Assembly: GCA_012799205.1 (NCBI GenBank)
Contig: JAAZLT010000178.1
Coordinates: 13,213-77,212 of the forward strand
Origin: Clostridiales bacterium
GTDB lineage: Bacteria; Bacillota; Clostridia; Caldicoprobacterales; Xylanivirgaceae
DNA length: 64,000 bases
Direction: 5' to 3'
Each line of letters opens with the position of its first letter. Position 1 is the first letter of the stretch. The position numbers were made by a program, and so were the translations under genes. This document shows, one piece after another, positions 63,293-64,000 of the stretch. The notes beneath the pieces were generated by a model. It had not been told where the DNA came from. It saw nothing but the letters and a program-made list of their open reading frames with translations, and did no database searches.

Positions 63293-64000
63293 TTATATTA
63301 TATCTAAAGCCTGTCTTAAGGCCTTTGCATCCTCTATCAGCTGTGCCGGCTCATCCCCTTTTACAAACTCTATAAGTGCATAGCAGTTCTTATCTGCCTT
63401 TTTGACAATATCAAAATATCCTCTCCATTCGTCTATGCCTTCACTTAGCTCTAGCCTTTCCCTTATATCCCACTGAAATGTGTGTATATGAGCTAAATAG
63501 GGAAGTACAGAGGTAAGCCCCTCAATTCTGCTGGGAATATCAAGGCCCACAGGTGGCTGCCAATAGCTTTTTATATTTGGATGGTCCACCTCTTTGAGAA
63601 GCCTCATAGCAGCTTTATCAGTATCCGTTAGGGTGTTTCCGTGATATTCAAATGCTACGCTAATACCTTCCTTTTCTGCCATTGAAGCTACCCTCTGTGA
63701 ATCTTGTATTACATTCTTCCACCAAGCTTCGTCAGCCTTATCAGAGCCAAGGTTTCCCGCCCAGATGCGTATGCAATCTGTTTCAAGCGCTAGTGCACTT
63801 TCGAGTACTGCCTCAAATTTCGGGTTTTTAGGGTCGTCTACACCTGCTCTATAATAGGAACCATATGCGGGGATCTCTATTCCTGCATCATATGTTAGCT
63901 TTGCCACCTCTTTTGCTCTTTTGATATCTCCATGGGGTACATGTATATCGCCGCCCCACTCAACTCCCTCTAGCTTTGCCTCTAGCATTAAATCTATTAC
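63293..64000 (-). CDS. Sugar phosphate isomerase/epimerase (xylose isomerase-like TIM barrel), probably truncated by the window end
   Basis: GVEWGGDIHVPHGD, IRIWAG, VAFEYHGNTLTD, HIHTFQW. The reading frame is still open at 64000. Confidence 0.75.
   Translation of the reverse strand, partial: VIDLMLEAKLEGVEWGGDIHVPHGDIKRAKEVAKLTYDAGIEIPAYGSYYRAGVDDPKNPKFEAVLESALALETDCIRIWAGNLGSDKADEAWWKNVIQDSQRVASMAEKEGISVAFEYHGNTLTDTDKAAMRLLKEVDHPNIKSYWQPPVGLDIPSRIEGLTSVLPYLAHIHTFQWDIRERLELSEGIDEWRGYFDIVKKADKNCYALIEFVKGDEPAQLIEDAKALRQALDII

Overview
The window looks like a low-GC Firmicutes (Clostridia-like) chromosomal segment. That placement is inferred from gene content: a T-box leader, a Spo0E-like motif, flaG-fliD-fliS, a DUF134/NifX/MinD-ferredoxin cluster and AT-rich codon usage. 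Almost all genes are on the minus strand. From left to right: secA (5' part), hpf, a polar amino-acid ABC transporter, late flagellar genes (flaG-fliD-fliS), a GGDEF protein with a Spo0E-like tail, and an orphan pilin plus prepilin peptidase. Next come an uncharacterised oxidoreductase/amidohydrolase cluster, a Leu T-box-controlled leuA, a LemA-DUF2207 pair and a 21-bp tandem-repeat coiled-coil gene. A variable region of about 14 kb follows (about 23.9-37.9 kb). It holds decayed direct duplicates of a bioY-fic unit, a NERD protein, an ECF sigma/anti-sigma pair, a GGDEF sensor, a degenerate Fic/Doc-like gene and a plus-strand three-gene methyltransferase / nuclease-helicase operon at 31.4-36.6 kb. 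That operon is the best candidate for an uncharacterised defence (R-M-like) system. It encodes a catalytic-motif-less MTase paralogue, an Eco57I-like N6A MTase, and a 981-aa protein fusing a T5orf172/GIY-YIG-like domain, an SF2 helicase and a Tudor-like tail. Further right lie a conserved DUF134-DUF5320-NifX-MinD/ferredoxin cluster with a shared inverted-repeat motif at both of its promoters, and pseudogene relics (korA', nifX-like'). Then come a membrane-bound AraC regulator with an LplABC-type sugar transporter, a sugar-utilisation cluster, a G1P-dehydrogenase-GDPD fusion, and a c-di-GMP-I riboswitch upstream of an HD-GYP phosphodiesterase. I found no rRNA, tRNA, CRISPR array, transposase or integrase. 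All functional calls come from reading motifs in the translations by eye; no database search was possible.
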